Shown piece by piece: positions 39,291 to 46,827 of a DNA stretch of 46,827 nucleotides; the stretch's first letter is position 1; each line of letters begins with the position of its first letter. Both the position numbers and the translations under genes were made by a program. The notes under the pieces were generated by a model. It was not told the DNA's origin, did no database searches, and saw nothing but the letters and a program-made list of their open reading frames with translations. The stretch lies in the IMG/VR virus record IMGVR_UViG_3300045988_062651, positions 1-46,827 of that record; one strand, given 5' to 3'. This DNA is from a virus.

Positions 39291-39758
39291 CTACTTTTCA
39301 AATGGGTTATAAATAACTTCTTCGATGGTATAGCCCAGGCTCTGATAGTGCTCCATAAACAGGCGGTACTCACTAGCATTGAACTTCTGGGTGAACACAG
39401 GAGCTTCACGCTCGCCAGTGTCAGGATTGAATCTGCGGCCTTTAGTCAAGCTCAGAACTGCAATATTCTCTTCGCCCTTAAGAGGGACGTAAGCACGAGA
39501 CTTAGCCTGCTCTGGTTTCGGCTGCTCAGACTTGGCCTGCTCAGATTTCTCGGTTGTGGTAGGCTTCTTGATAAGTTTACCAACAGCGACGAGGTAAACC
39601 GTGAGGTCTTCGAGCTCAGCCTGTTCTTCATCGGCGATAACGCCGTCTTTTTTCTTCTGCAGAAGTTCCGCCTTGCGGACCATCAGCTCTTTCTGGTGTG
39701 CTACAAGTTCCTCAGGCTTGAGGTTCTCCAGCTCCTTTTCGTTTTTCTTCTGAAACAT
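39291..39758 (-). CDS. Hypothetical head-module protein (155 aa)
   Basis: ORF with a charged low-complexity centre. It overlaps the portal 3' end by 47 nt. Confidence 0.5.
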   Translation of the reverse strand: MFQKKNEKELENLKPEELVAHQKELMVRKAELLQKKKDGVIADEEQAELEDLTVYLVAVGKLIKKPTTTEKSEQAKSEQPKPEQAKSRAYVPLKGEENIAVLSLTKGRRFNPDTGEREAPVFTQKFNASEYRLFMEHYQSLGYTIEEVIYNPFEK

Positions 39759-41448
39759 AGCTTTGAAGTGTTTGTAATATTGTTGAAACCTTCTCTCTCA
39801 TCGGGCGACCGGCCGCAAAAGACACGATGTCGATATTTTCACGTTCGAAACGCTTGATGTAGGGAGTAAAATTCACTTTCAGTCTAACTTGGTCCTCATC
39901 AAGTAGCCCTTTATCAAACAAATCAACAACTTCATTTGTTGTCTTATTCGGATAAGGCTCAAGCTGCCGAAGGACCTTCATACGTTGCAGCTCAATAGGA
40001 TTATTCCTATACTCAACTTCCATTATTTGCTCAGCAAGTGCGTTCAGCTCGGCATCGGATGCTCCGCTATCTTTAGCCTCTTTATAACGTTTGTAGAGCT
40101 CACCAACTGTAAAGATATAGAACTCAGTACCCCAGTTAATGGAGGAATTGACAAAAGCTTCAGCATAACGTAGCTTGCAAATTGTATCGTCAACAAATTT
40201 CTGTGCCAACTCGAAATTAGTCTTCAAGGCGTTAAGTACACTAGTCTTGCTCTCAAAGTTAGCAGAAACCTGAGTCTCATTGATTGCCTCTTTTTCACTT
40301 ACTGTACCACCAGAACCAACAATTGACGTAATAATTTCATCCTTAAGACGACTGGTCTCTTTAACGTTATAATCAAGAGACTCACGGTCAATTGTCGTAA
40401 TCTGAACAGGATTACGCATATCTGCGATACCTTCAGACTGGTTCGGCACAGGAACCTCAATAAAGGAACCAGGACCAGCGAGATGCCTGGAACCGCATAT
40501 CGGACAGCGCTCTACAGAACCGTCTGCTAAGAACTTGTAATTACCCTTTGAGTTACGCAGGAAACCACCGTCACAGTAATCGCCTGTTTCGCTATTCTCA
40601 TAGTTGCAATCTTCCTGGTATGCACTATAAATCGGATATGGCGCATACGTGTCAAGATGTCTCTTAGACAGCGCAAAGAACAAATACCAGTCCAAATTGG
40701 CAAGTTCCTTAGTGAGCGGGTTTTTCTTGAGGTCACGCTCTTTTTCGTTTAGAGGCGTAGACCAGAAGAACCTTGCCGGACAATAGGTGAGACCGTGGAA
40801 CGCCTGTGAAAGCATTTTTACAATCTCGTGCTTCTCATTGACTTCAAAGATGCGAATCGACAAATCGTCAAATACCGCAATCTTCTTAGGTCCCTGCCTG
40901 AAAATAAGCCATTCGAAACGATTCCAGTCACCTTCAACCAGTTTGTAGTCGATAACGTCCTCGAGGTCAAGCCAATAAAAATACGGCTCTGGCCTTTCAG
41001 TCGTTTGCACAGGTGGCATGTCGACAATCAAAATAGAATTAGGTGATACTTGCATTTTGTGCCAGCCACAAGTCCGCCAAATCTGAGGCTCATGAAGGCG
41101 CACCGTCCGATAAGTTGCCCAATCCTCAGCCGCAGCCTGGTCCTTAAACTGGAAAGAAACAGAAGAGTTTCTGCTGTCAAAGACACGCTCCAATTCACGA
41201 TATACGTCTTCAACAACAGTTGATGACGGTAGCGGGAACTGAAATAGAGTAAGAAAAGTGGCAAACTTATCTTTCGGCAACATGTGTGAAACCCAGTCAA
41301 GGAAAATCTGCGCTTGCGGCACATTAAGCCTTGACACGTTGGTTTCTGTATGAAACCTGATACGAGCCTGAAGAGCAAGAGCACGGGTTATACGCTCTCG
41401 CTTCATAGGCGCTTTGAGATGTTCTCGTATAGTATCAAGTTCAAGCAT
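39712..41448 (-). CDS. Putative portal protein (578 aa)
   Basis: Assigned by size and by position between the terminase and scaffold genes. No motif was verified. Confidence 0.5.
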   Translation of the reverse strand: MLELDTIREHLKAPMKRERITRALALQARIRFHTETNVSRLNVPQAQIFLDWVSHMLPKDKFATFLTLFQFPLPSSTVVEDVYRELERVFDSRNSSVSFQFKDQAAAEDWATYRTVRLHEPQIWRTCGWHKMQVSPNSILIVDMPPVQTTERPEPYFYWLDLEDVIDYKLVEGDWNRFEWLIFRQGPKKIAVFDDLSIRIFEVNEKHEIVKMLSQAFHGLTYCPARFFWSTPLNEKERDLKKNPLTKELANLDWYLFFALSKRHLDTYAPYPIYSAYQEDCNYENSETGDYCDGGFLRNSKGNYKFLADGSVERCPICGSRHLAGPGSFIEVPVPNQSEGIADMRNPVQITTIDRESLDYNVKETSRLKDEIITSIVGSGGTVSEKEAINETQVSANFESKTSVLNALKTNFELAQKFVDDTICKLRYAEAFVNSSINWGTEFYIFTVGELYKRYKEAKDSGASDAELNALAEQIMEVEYRNNPIELQRMKVLRQLEPYPNKTTNEVVDLFDKGLLDEDQVRLKVNFTPYIKRFERENIDIVSFAAGRPMREKVSTILQTLQSYVSEEKRKGAGEPQA

Positions 41449-41498
41449 TACACTTTGTTTTTAACTTTGAAAGACTATCCAGGGTCGAACTGGAGAAG

Positions 41499-41705
41499 CT
41501 ATTTGGCTTCCGGCTTCCGGTTAGCCGTAGTCCTCTGAACCTTCTTTTTGTGTAGGCCAGTTACGCGGTCATACTCATAATCGCTATCTTTAGGAAGCTC
41601 CCAGCCGCTGTTAGGCATCCGAAGCAGCCTCTCAGCATGGTCGATGCTGAAAGACTGCTGAATGCCAGCGGGAAGGGCTACGAGAGTAACAGATGTGAGG
41701 TGCAT
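41499..41705 (-). CDS. Hypothetical protein (68 aa)
   Basis: ORF in operon context. Confidence 0.45.
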   Translation of the reverse strand: MHLTSVTLVALPAGIQQSFSIDHAERLLRMPNSGWELPKDSDYEYDRVTGLHKKKVQRTTANRKPEAK

Positions 41706-41731
41706 ATGGCTTACAAAAGAATGTTTGTGAT

Positions 41732-42370
41732 TTAGGCCGAAGCCGCGTTAACCAGGTCGGTCAGCGGATTGAAGTCCGTAGGGGTTACTATCACGAAGTT
41801 GTCGCTCCAATTCGGGAGGAAGCTCCAAGAAATAGCGTTTCCATCAGGAGCGTCATAGCCGCCGAGGTTCTTGTCACCTACAAAGAAGGAATGGATAGGA
41901 ATCGGAGAGTAAGCAGTTGGTTTAGCAGGATTGTCTGCGATACAACCGATACGGCCGTTCTCGTCGATGAGGTACACGCCGATAGTCTCGCACATGTAGC
42001 TCTTCAGAACCTTGATAACAGACTGGCTTTCCTGGTAGATATTACCGGAGAAGGTAGTAGGCTCAGAACCGATGATAACAGATACACCACCAAGAGAGTC
42101 ATTACCGCCGCCCCAAGTACGAGCAGCGCCAGGCTCTGTAGTAGGGCCCTGAATGTAAGGAGAGATAATACACTTAGTGCCGTCAGAGGCAGAAAGGAGA
42201 GCTGTCCAGGAAGCTTTCAACGTAGGGTCAGTGATAGTATTCTTGGTACCATCAGCTGCGCGCAAACGCTGGAAAATAACCTTCTGAACCTGCCCCATAG
42301 ATTCTTTGCAATCTGGAATGTTCAGGTCAGCAAGATGGGCGCCTGCAGGGCACCCGCATTTAAGTCCCAT
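41732..42370 (-). CDS. Hypothetical, probably abundant virion protein (212 aa) with its own promoter
   Basis: Gly/Thr/Ser-rich beta-type sequence. A class II promoter lies at 42488, about 115 nt upstream. Confidence 0.55.
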   Translation of the reverse strand: MGLKCGCPAGAHLADLNIPDCKESMGQVQKVIFQRLRAADGTKNTITDPTLKASWTALLSASDGTKCIISPYIQGPTTEPGAARTWGGGNDSLGGVSVIIGSEPTTFSGNIYQESQSVIKVLKSYMCETIGVYLIDENGRIGCIADNPAKPTAYSPIPIHSFFVGDKNLGGYDAPDGNAISWSFLPNWSDNFVIVTPTDFNPLTDLVNAASA

Positions 42371-42487
42371 AGTAATTCGAATTTATGAGTTTAACTGAGA
42401 TGCTTGAGTTACGTTTTGAGTTTCCCTTAACCCCGCAACCTTCACAGTAAATATAGTAGTAAAATTTGGACTAGGTACTATTTCTAG

Positions 42488-42495
42488 CAAATCTA
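42488..42495 (-). promoter_or_regulatory. -7 promoter element TAGATTTG (class II)
   Basis: The minus strand reads GTTAGATTTGCTAG. It lies between the TerL stop and the 212-aa gene. Confidence 0.55.
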
Positions 42496-42504
42496 ACATA
42501 CTTT

Positions 42505-44136
42505 TTAATTACCCCTCTTAATACCCTTATGCAAACTCTTACTAGTTCGCATTTCGATAATGCCTGTCAGCATATCAGGCGCATCATCATGCTTTGTAGT
42601 CTTATTATTCTTTTTGCGGTACGTCTTTATGGCCGCTGCAAATTTAGGCCACCTCTTTTCCCAGCCTTCAGGAAAGTAGATGTCTGAACATACAAGAGCT
42701 GAATTAGAGAATATGCGGACTTGCTTGTTCTTTGTCTGCGTGAACGTTTCAATAACAGAAAACATATTGTGCTGTACTTCACGCAATATACGTTTAACGT
42801 TTCGTGCAAACTGACGACCGCCATTGTTGCCCTCAATTCTTGCTCGTTTAGTTCTATTAACTGTAAGCATTCTAGCTAGCTTAGGCTCAGTTACTTCCAT
42901 CGGCTCATCAGAGTAAAGGATGTCGGTTATGTACGCGCCCATCGGTGTATTTACGAAACAGCCAGAAGCCAAGAAGTCAGCACCGGTGTCAGCTGTATCT
43001 GTGTAATTCCATCGTTGAGTAGAAGACAAGAAAGCCTGAGGCGGGTCCGCAGGATTATATGTTTTGAACTCCTCATACATTAGGCCCTCTTTAGGCGTCG
43101 GGTCCTGCTGGTACTGAGTGTCATAAGTTAGCGGGTCCACCTCCTGTAGATGATGCAGCTCTTCAACAGTGTGTTTTACAGGCCACAATGCTATCTCCTC
43201 TGTCTCCTCAACTATCACGTCCTCACCGCTCTCGTCTTGAACATGCTTGGTGACGGTCTCGGTACGTAAAGCGGGCAAGCTAAGCACGGTCCAGTTGTCT
43301 GGCTCTGTGTCCAATAGATAGCCGCATAAGTCGCGCTCATGCAGGCGCTGCATTATTATAATAATAGGTGTCTCCCTGGAGTTAGTACGTGAACGGATAG
43401 TATTCTCAAACCGGGAATTGATACGCTCTCGAACAATATCAGATGTTGCGTCCTCCGGTTTTAATGGGTCATCTATAACAATAGCGCCAGGGAAGACATT
43501 AGACGCAGCGCCAATTAAAGCCAACTTAGTCTGAGTCGTCTCGTCAAAAGAAAAGGCTTGCGATATGCGCTCAGCCATCGCAGCGTCAGCCGCGGCAGAC
43601 ATCTCTTGCATGGCGCCGGCACCGAAACCAGTAACCTGGCCCTGCGTTGATACCGCATAAAATGAACCTTTGGCTTTAGTTTCCCAAGACCTGGTACTGC
43701 CTTTGTTCTCATTAAGAAGCGCTGACTGCGGAAACAGCTCTTTATAGAGCGGTAACGTCATTATCTCTCTGATAGTAGACGAGTTGTCATTAACCAGCAA
43801 GTCTGAATACGACAGGTGCATAAACTGGCACTTAGGGTTAAGGGCAAAGCACCAGGATATGAACATCTTAATAGCGATAAGGGTCTTGCCATATCGTGGA
43901 GGCATGTTAATGATAAGATGCTTGACGTCTCCATCAACAACTGACTGTAGGGCGGTGAATAACTTTTTATGCAGGTCTGCCACAATAAGAGACGAGCCAT
44001 ATTGTGCCTTAAACATAGCTCGTGAGTAGCTCTCAAGTGAGCCTTTTAGCTCTAACGCAAAAAGGTCTCTTGCGGAGACCTGTCCCTTGACTTGTGCAAT
44101 AGCCGCCTGCTGTATATCCTCTAATGACTGTGCCAT
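42505..44136 (-). CDS. terL: Terminase large subunit
   Basis: Walker A-like MPPRYGKT, Walker B AIVIDDPLKPED, 543 aa. Confidence 0.85.
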   Translation of the reverse strand: MAQSLEDIQQAAIAQVKGQVSARDLFALELKGSLESYSRAMFKAQYGSSLIVADLHKKLFTALQSVVDGDVKHLIINMPPRYGKTLIAIKMFISWCFALNPKCQFMHLSYSDLLVNDNSSTIREIMTLPLYKELFPQSALLNENKGSTRSWETKAKGSFYAVSTQGQVTGFGAGAMQEMSAAADAAMAERISQAFSFDETTQTKLALIGAASNVFPGAIVIDDPLKPEDATSDIVRERINSRFENTIRSRTNSRETPIIIIMQRLHERDLCGYLLDTEPDNWTVLSLPALRTETVTKHVQDESGEDVIVEETEEIALWPVKHTVEELHHLQEVDPLTYDTQYQQDPTPKEGLMYEEFKTYNPADPPQAFLSSTQRWNYTDTADTGADFLASGCFVNTPMGAYITDILYSDEPMEVTEPKLARMLTVNRTKRARIEGNNGGRQFARNVKRILREVQHNMFSVIETFTQTKNKQVRIFSNSALVCSDIYFPEGWEKRWPKFAAAIKTYRKKNNKTTKHDDAPDMLTGIIEMRTSKSLHKGIKRGN

Positions 44137-44148
44137 AGTAGACTGAAC

Positions 44149-44925
44149 TTATTTTAACAATGTCTCACGAATAATAACATAAGCCTCTCGGGATATTGGC
44201 TGGTCAGGAATAAGGCCCGGCACGGCAGACGGTACTCCCGTGATTGGCGTTGCGTCAAGGCTCATAGGGCCTTTGCCGAACAGCCTGTCCCAAATGCGCT
44301 CGATTGTGCACGTCTCGCCAATTCTTGCGTCAAGTTGAATACGTTTAATGATGGCTTTTATAGCGAGCGGCATTTTGTCATTAGTCATTAAGGCCGCTAG
44401 CTGTGTTTCATTGCAAGTGAGAAGGCAGGCCAGCAAATTGGCCGTATCTGTCTTGCTGAGGCGGACTGACAGGTTAATACCAAGGTTGTTGAGCAGTTTA
44501 GCCATCTCAGGTCTATTAGTGCCCTGGAGAGTTTGAAGTGTTAGCAGCTGAGAGGCTGACATCTCTTGGCCGGTCTTAGTTACTACCTGTACCTCTTTAA
44601 GGTCAAGCGGGTCCGCCGGTGTTTGTTCGTCTATTGCAGACTCAATAGCTTTACGCTCGGCTTCTGCCTTTGCCGCAGTAAGAGATTCATCAGTGTCGGT
44701 TGGAGCGAGGTCCTCTACGCGCATCCCGTGCTTTGCCGCCAACTCCTCCCGCTCTTTTTGCTTTTGCTGCTCCTCGAGACCCGCATTACGAGCTTTGAGC
44801 TGAATGCGCGCTAACTCTTTAGCTGAAAGCTGTTCATGGATAGCCTCGGCCTGTGCCTCGCGTTTCTCCGGGGCAACATTGGGCAGAATGTCGCCAAGTC
44901 TAGATGATATGTTGTCTTTAGTCAT
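44149..44925 (-). CDS. Putative terminase small subunit (258 aa)
   Basis: Assigned only by position immediately upstream of terL. Confidence 0.4.
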   Translation of the reverse strand: MTKDNISSRLGDILPNVAPEKREAQAEAIHEQLSAKELARIQLKARNAGLEEQQKQKEREELAAKHGMRVEDLAPTDTDESLTAAKAEAERKAIESAIDEQTPADPLDLKEVQVVTKTGQEMSASQLLTLQTLQGTNRPEMAKLLNNLGINLSVRLSKTDTANLLACLLTCNETQLAALMTNDKMPLAIKAIIKRIQLDARIGETCTIERIWDRLFGKGPMSLDATPITGVPSAVPGLIPDQPISREAYVIIRETLLK

Positions 44926-44966
44926 AGTATACCAGTGTTAACTATCTATCCCAATATTTTGGTTTG

Positions 44967-45302
44967 TTACAAATTAAACGTTAAGCTAGCCATCCCGTCA
45001 TCGAACGTACGTTGTTGCGTAAACCCGTGTCGTTTATACCATTCAGCCATCCACTGTTTTGGGTCTACATACAGGCATAATATTTTTGCGCCCATTTCTC
45101 GTGCGTGTTCCTTGGCTATGTTTAATAAATCATTTCCAAGCCCGCGACCTCTGGCCGGTTCCCGCACAATAAGCTCAGACAAATATGCTACAGTCGGATT
45201 TTCGTCCTCAATGGATAACTGGCATAATGCCTGTCCGTTTGCGATTACTATTGTGTCTTTTCGGCCCCAAGACCAAGTGTTCTGATGGATATACTTTGTC
45301 AT
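44967..45302 (-). CDS. GNAT-family N-acetyltransferase (111 aa)
   Basis: Acetyl-CoA motif A VREPARGRGLGNDLL plus the C-terminal YKRHGF. Confidence 0.8.
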   Translation of the reverse strand: MTKYIHQNTWSWGRKDTIVIANGQALCQLSIEDENPTVAYLSELIVREPARGRGLGNDLLNIAKEHAREMGAKILCLYVDPKQWMAEWYKRHGFTQQRTFDDGMASLTFNL

Positions 45303-45315
45303 GTTAAACTATCTA

Positions 45316-46056
45316 TTAAAGCAAGTCCTCCGGGCTCACCGGCGGACGGCTGTTAGGGTCCGCGTAAAAGTAATAGCCCTGCTGTAGCCTTCCCGGGTTC
45401 ATTAGTCCTCGGCGGACATTGCGATAGTCTATCTGCAACTCGTGGGCTGTGTCGGCTATTGTGGCGAACACGCCGACGGCCTCACCATTATAGTCATACG
45501 CGTATACGCGCACAGATTGTCCGGCGCCAAGCCTTGCCGTTGTGACACGTCTCAGATTAAGCTCCTCCGGTGTCAGATAGTGGTTAGTCGTAACAATTGA
45601 GCCTTTGATAACCGCTGTATTACCCCAGCAACAGGCATGCACAGAATGAGCGCCTACACCGAGGTCCTTGGCGCACACGCCTTCTAAAGGATATAGCTCG
45701 ACGAGTCTGTCGGCGTCAAGATTATAGTAGCACCATGCGCCTTTGTGAAGGCGGCGAACTCCTTCTGTGCAGGTTGGCTCAGCAGCGAACTCTTCTTCCG
45801 TGTGTGGCGTCAAATGTACCTCGATTTGAGGCTTGGCCCAATTTTGAGTTATGGGTATACCGCAGAACGGTTCTTGTGCCAATACCTGGTACAAATCTTC
45901 GATAATGTTCTTACTGTAGTAGAAACGGTGTATAATTGTGTCGCCGTATATTAGCCAGTACTCTCGAGGAGCATTTAGCGGAGCTGGTTCCAGAGGTGGT
46001 ACCTCGTCAAAAAGAGTCACGAGACCTTTTACCTTAACAAGTAGGGATTGTTCCAT
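45316..46056 (-). CDS. Hypothetical protein, first gene of the late operon; the C-terminus resembles a NUMOD1/IENR1-type DNA-binding module
   Basis: VRVYAYDYNGEAVGVFATIADTAHELQIDYRNVRRGL...GYYF, matched to the motif from memory. Confidence 0.55.
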   Translation of the reverse strand: MEQSLLVKVKGLVTLFDEVPPLEPAPLNAPREYWLIYGDTIIHRFYYSKNIIEDLYQVLAQEPFCGIPITQNWAKPQIEVHLTPHTEEEFAAEPTCTEGVRRLHKGAWCYYNLDADRLVELYPLEGVCAKDLGVGAHSVHACCWGNTAVIKGSIVTTNHYLTPEELNLRRVTTARLGAGQSVRVYAYDYNGEAVGVFATIADTAHELQIDYRNVRRGLMNPGRLQQGYYFYADPNSRPPVSPEDLL

Positions 46057-46083
46057 AGCAATAAACTTTCTTTAATATATACG

Positions 46084-46099
46084 CGTGCGCAAGCGCACG
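46084..46099. promoter_or_regulatory. GC palindrome CGTGCGC-AA-GCGCACG within a GCGTGC-repeat cluster in the late leader
   Basis: Nt 46081-46127 read ACGCGTGCGCAAGCGCACGAGCGTGTAGCGTGCATAAGTATGCGTAC, between the promoter at 46127 and the ATG at 46056. Confidence 0.5.
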
Positions 46100-46126
46100 A
46101 GCGTGTAGCGTGCATAAGTATGCGTA

Positions 46127-46134
46127 CAAATATA
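46127..46134 (-). promoter_or_regulatory. -7 promoter element TATATTTG (class I string TATATTTGTA) for the late operon
   Basis: The plus strand reads CAAATATA. The element lies 71 nt upstream of the ATG at 46056. Confidence 0.5.
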
Positions 46135-46199
46135 GGCAATCTTGTGAGAAAATTGGCATTTTTTAGCGAATTTAACAGAAAATGGGGTCTTAAACAATA

Positions 46200-46224
46200 T
46201 AACTGACTGATTTCCAGCCAGTTA
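46200..46224. promoter_or_regulatory. 25-bp palindromic operator, copy 4
   Basis: TAACTGACTGATTTCCAGCCAGTTA. Confidence 0.55.
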
Positions 46225-46274
46225 GGCCTTTTTCTAAACAATCTTAAACAATCATAAACAATGATTGTTTGTCC

Positions 46275-46299
46275 TAACTGACTGATTTTCAATAAGTTA
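46275..46299. promoter_or_regulatory. 25-bp palindromic operator, copy 5 (the best palindrome)
   Basis: TAACTGACTGATTTTCAATAAGTTA. Confidence 0.6.
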
Positions 46300-46447
46300 G
46301 ACCTTCTTAAACAAAACAAACACAATTTCCTATATATAGATATATGGAAATATCAATTTTTATATAAAATTATTTAGTGCCATATATCTAAAAACAATTC
46401 TATATAATTATTTTATATATTTTATTGTTTTATTGTTTAAGAGGACC

Positions 46448-46472
46448 TAATTTCTTGATTTTCAATTAGTTA
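46448..46472. promoter_or_regulatory. 25-bp palindromic operator, copy 6
   Basis: TAATTTCTTGATTTTCAATTAGTTA. Confidence 0.55.
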
Positions 46473-46515
46473 CGGAAAACAATACTTTGTTTAAGATTGT
46501 TTAAGACCGTTTTTC

Positions 46516-46540
46516 TAAATAGCTGATTTTCAACCAGTTA
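46516..46540. promoter_or_regulatory. 25-bp palindromic operator, copy 7 (degenerate left half)
   Basis: TAAATAGCTGATTTTCAACCAGTTA. Confidence 0.45.
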
Positions 46541-46673
46541 CATATTTTTTATTGTTTAAGCGCGGTCCATTTTCCATTATTATTCGAGGGCCCTCCGTGT
46601 CAGCTACGAACTACGTTATAATAGATTTGAGGACCAGGCGGATATTTAGTGCCCTTTACGCAGTAGTTCCAAT

Positions 46674-46827
46674 GTTTTAGTGCCTATCTCGAATGGCTGT
46701 AAATTTTATTATGTATACGCAATATTTAGTGCCTATCTCGAATTACTGTAAATTTTATTATGTATACGTATTATTTAATGCCTATCTCGAATGATTGCAA
46801 ATTTTATTATGTATACGTGTCCTGATT
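46674..46827. repeat. Three tandem 49-bp repeats (iteron-like), running across the circular junction
   Basis: Units start at 46674, 46723 and 46772. The unit consensus is TATTTAGTGCCTATCTCGAATnnnTGnAAATTTTATTATGTATACG. The 11-mer TATTTAGTGCC also occurs at 46371 and 46643. Confidence 0.85.
46773..46827. repeat. Terminal overlap, second copy (identical to nt 1-55)
   Basis: 55/55 identity with the contig start. Confidence 0.95.

Larger units (their letters stand above)
46191..46560. promoter_or_regulatory. Composite control region 2 (direct copy of the architecture at 21651-21947)
   Basis: TAAACAAT at 46191, 46235, 46245 and 46255 (the last three at exactly 10-bp spacing). Four 25-bp operators. 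Core TTTCCTATATATAGATATATGG. Mirror arm TTATTGTTTTATTGTTTAA plus further ATTGTTTAA copies. Confidence 0.8.

Noticed and set aside
46674-46827. The 49-bp tandem repeats and the TAAACAAT arrays as a CRISPR array.
   Set aside because: The repeats are directly adjacent, with no unique spacers of uniform length. There are only three units, and no cas genes are present.
1-46827. Genome-wide stop-codon reassignment (TGA or TAG recoding), as seen in some gut phages.
   Set aside because: Under the standard code the genome is tiled by long uninterrupted ORFs (up to 1430 aa) on the expected strands. Only one in-frame TGA (2675-2677) was found, and neither tRNA-like element shows a U33-preceded UCA, CUA or UUA anticodon.

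Overview
The window is a complete tailed dsDNA phage genome. Nt 1-55 are identical to nt 46773-46827, so the contig closes into a circle of about 46.77 kb. No host flanks, integrase, CRISPR array or rRNA gene is visible. The virion module is siphovirus-like, with a 1430-aa tape measure and a lambda G/GT-type -1 frameshift chaperone pair. The host is probably a Bacteroidota member, because promoters match TAnnTTTG and start codons lack Shine-Dalgarno sequences.

Layout:
- Plus-strand early region (278-6544): 14 small ORFs of unknown function in short promoter/terminator units, with a conserved AACCTTAAAA..AAGTATTATG leader.
- Minus-strand middle/replication operon (21491 down to 6733): XRE-type HTH, PD-(D/E)XK nuclease, DUF2815-like SSB, two tRNA-like elements, family A DNA polymerase, primase-helicase, VRR-NUC, SNF2 helicase, a DUF6378-like protein, a ThyX-like protein and dUTPase. 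It ends in an orphan OmpR/PhoB-type response regulator.
- Minus-strand late operon (46056 down to 21996): GNAT, TerS/TerL, portal, scaffold, major capsid, tail, tape measure, tail tip, fibre-like gene, and a holin / M15 endolysin lysis cassette.

Most unusual observations:
- Two direct copies of a 300-370 bp composite control region, with TAAACAAT 8-mers phased at 10 bp, 25-bp palindromic operators and an AT-rich core. One copy sits upstream of each long minus-strand operon.
- A phage-encoded response regulator with a degenerate receiver pocket.
- Two non-canonical tRNA-like elements that fill the SSB-polymerase spacer and end 2 nt before the polymerase ATG.
- An early ORF with an in-frame TGA.
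- Homopolymer or frameshift-split genes in the lysis and fibre region.
- Several dispersed repeat families.

All family assignments come from motif recognition by eye. No database search was run.
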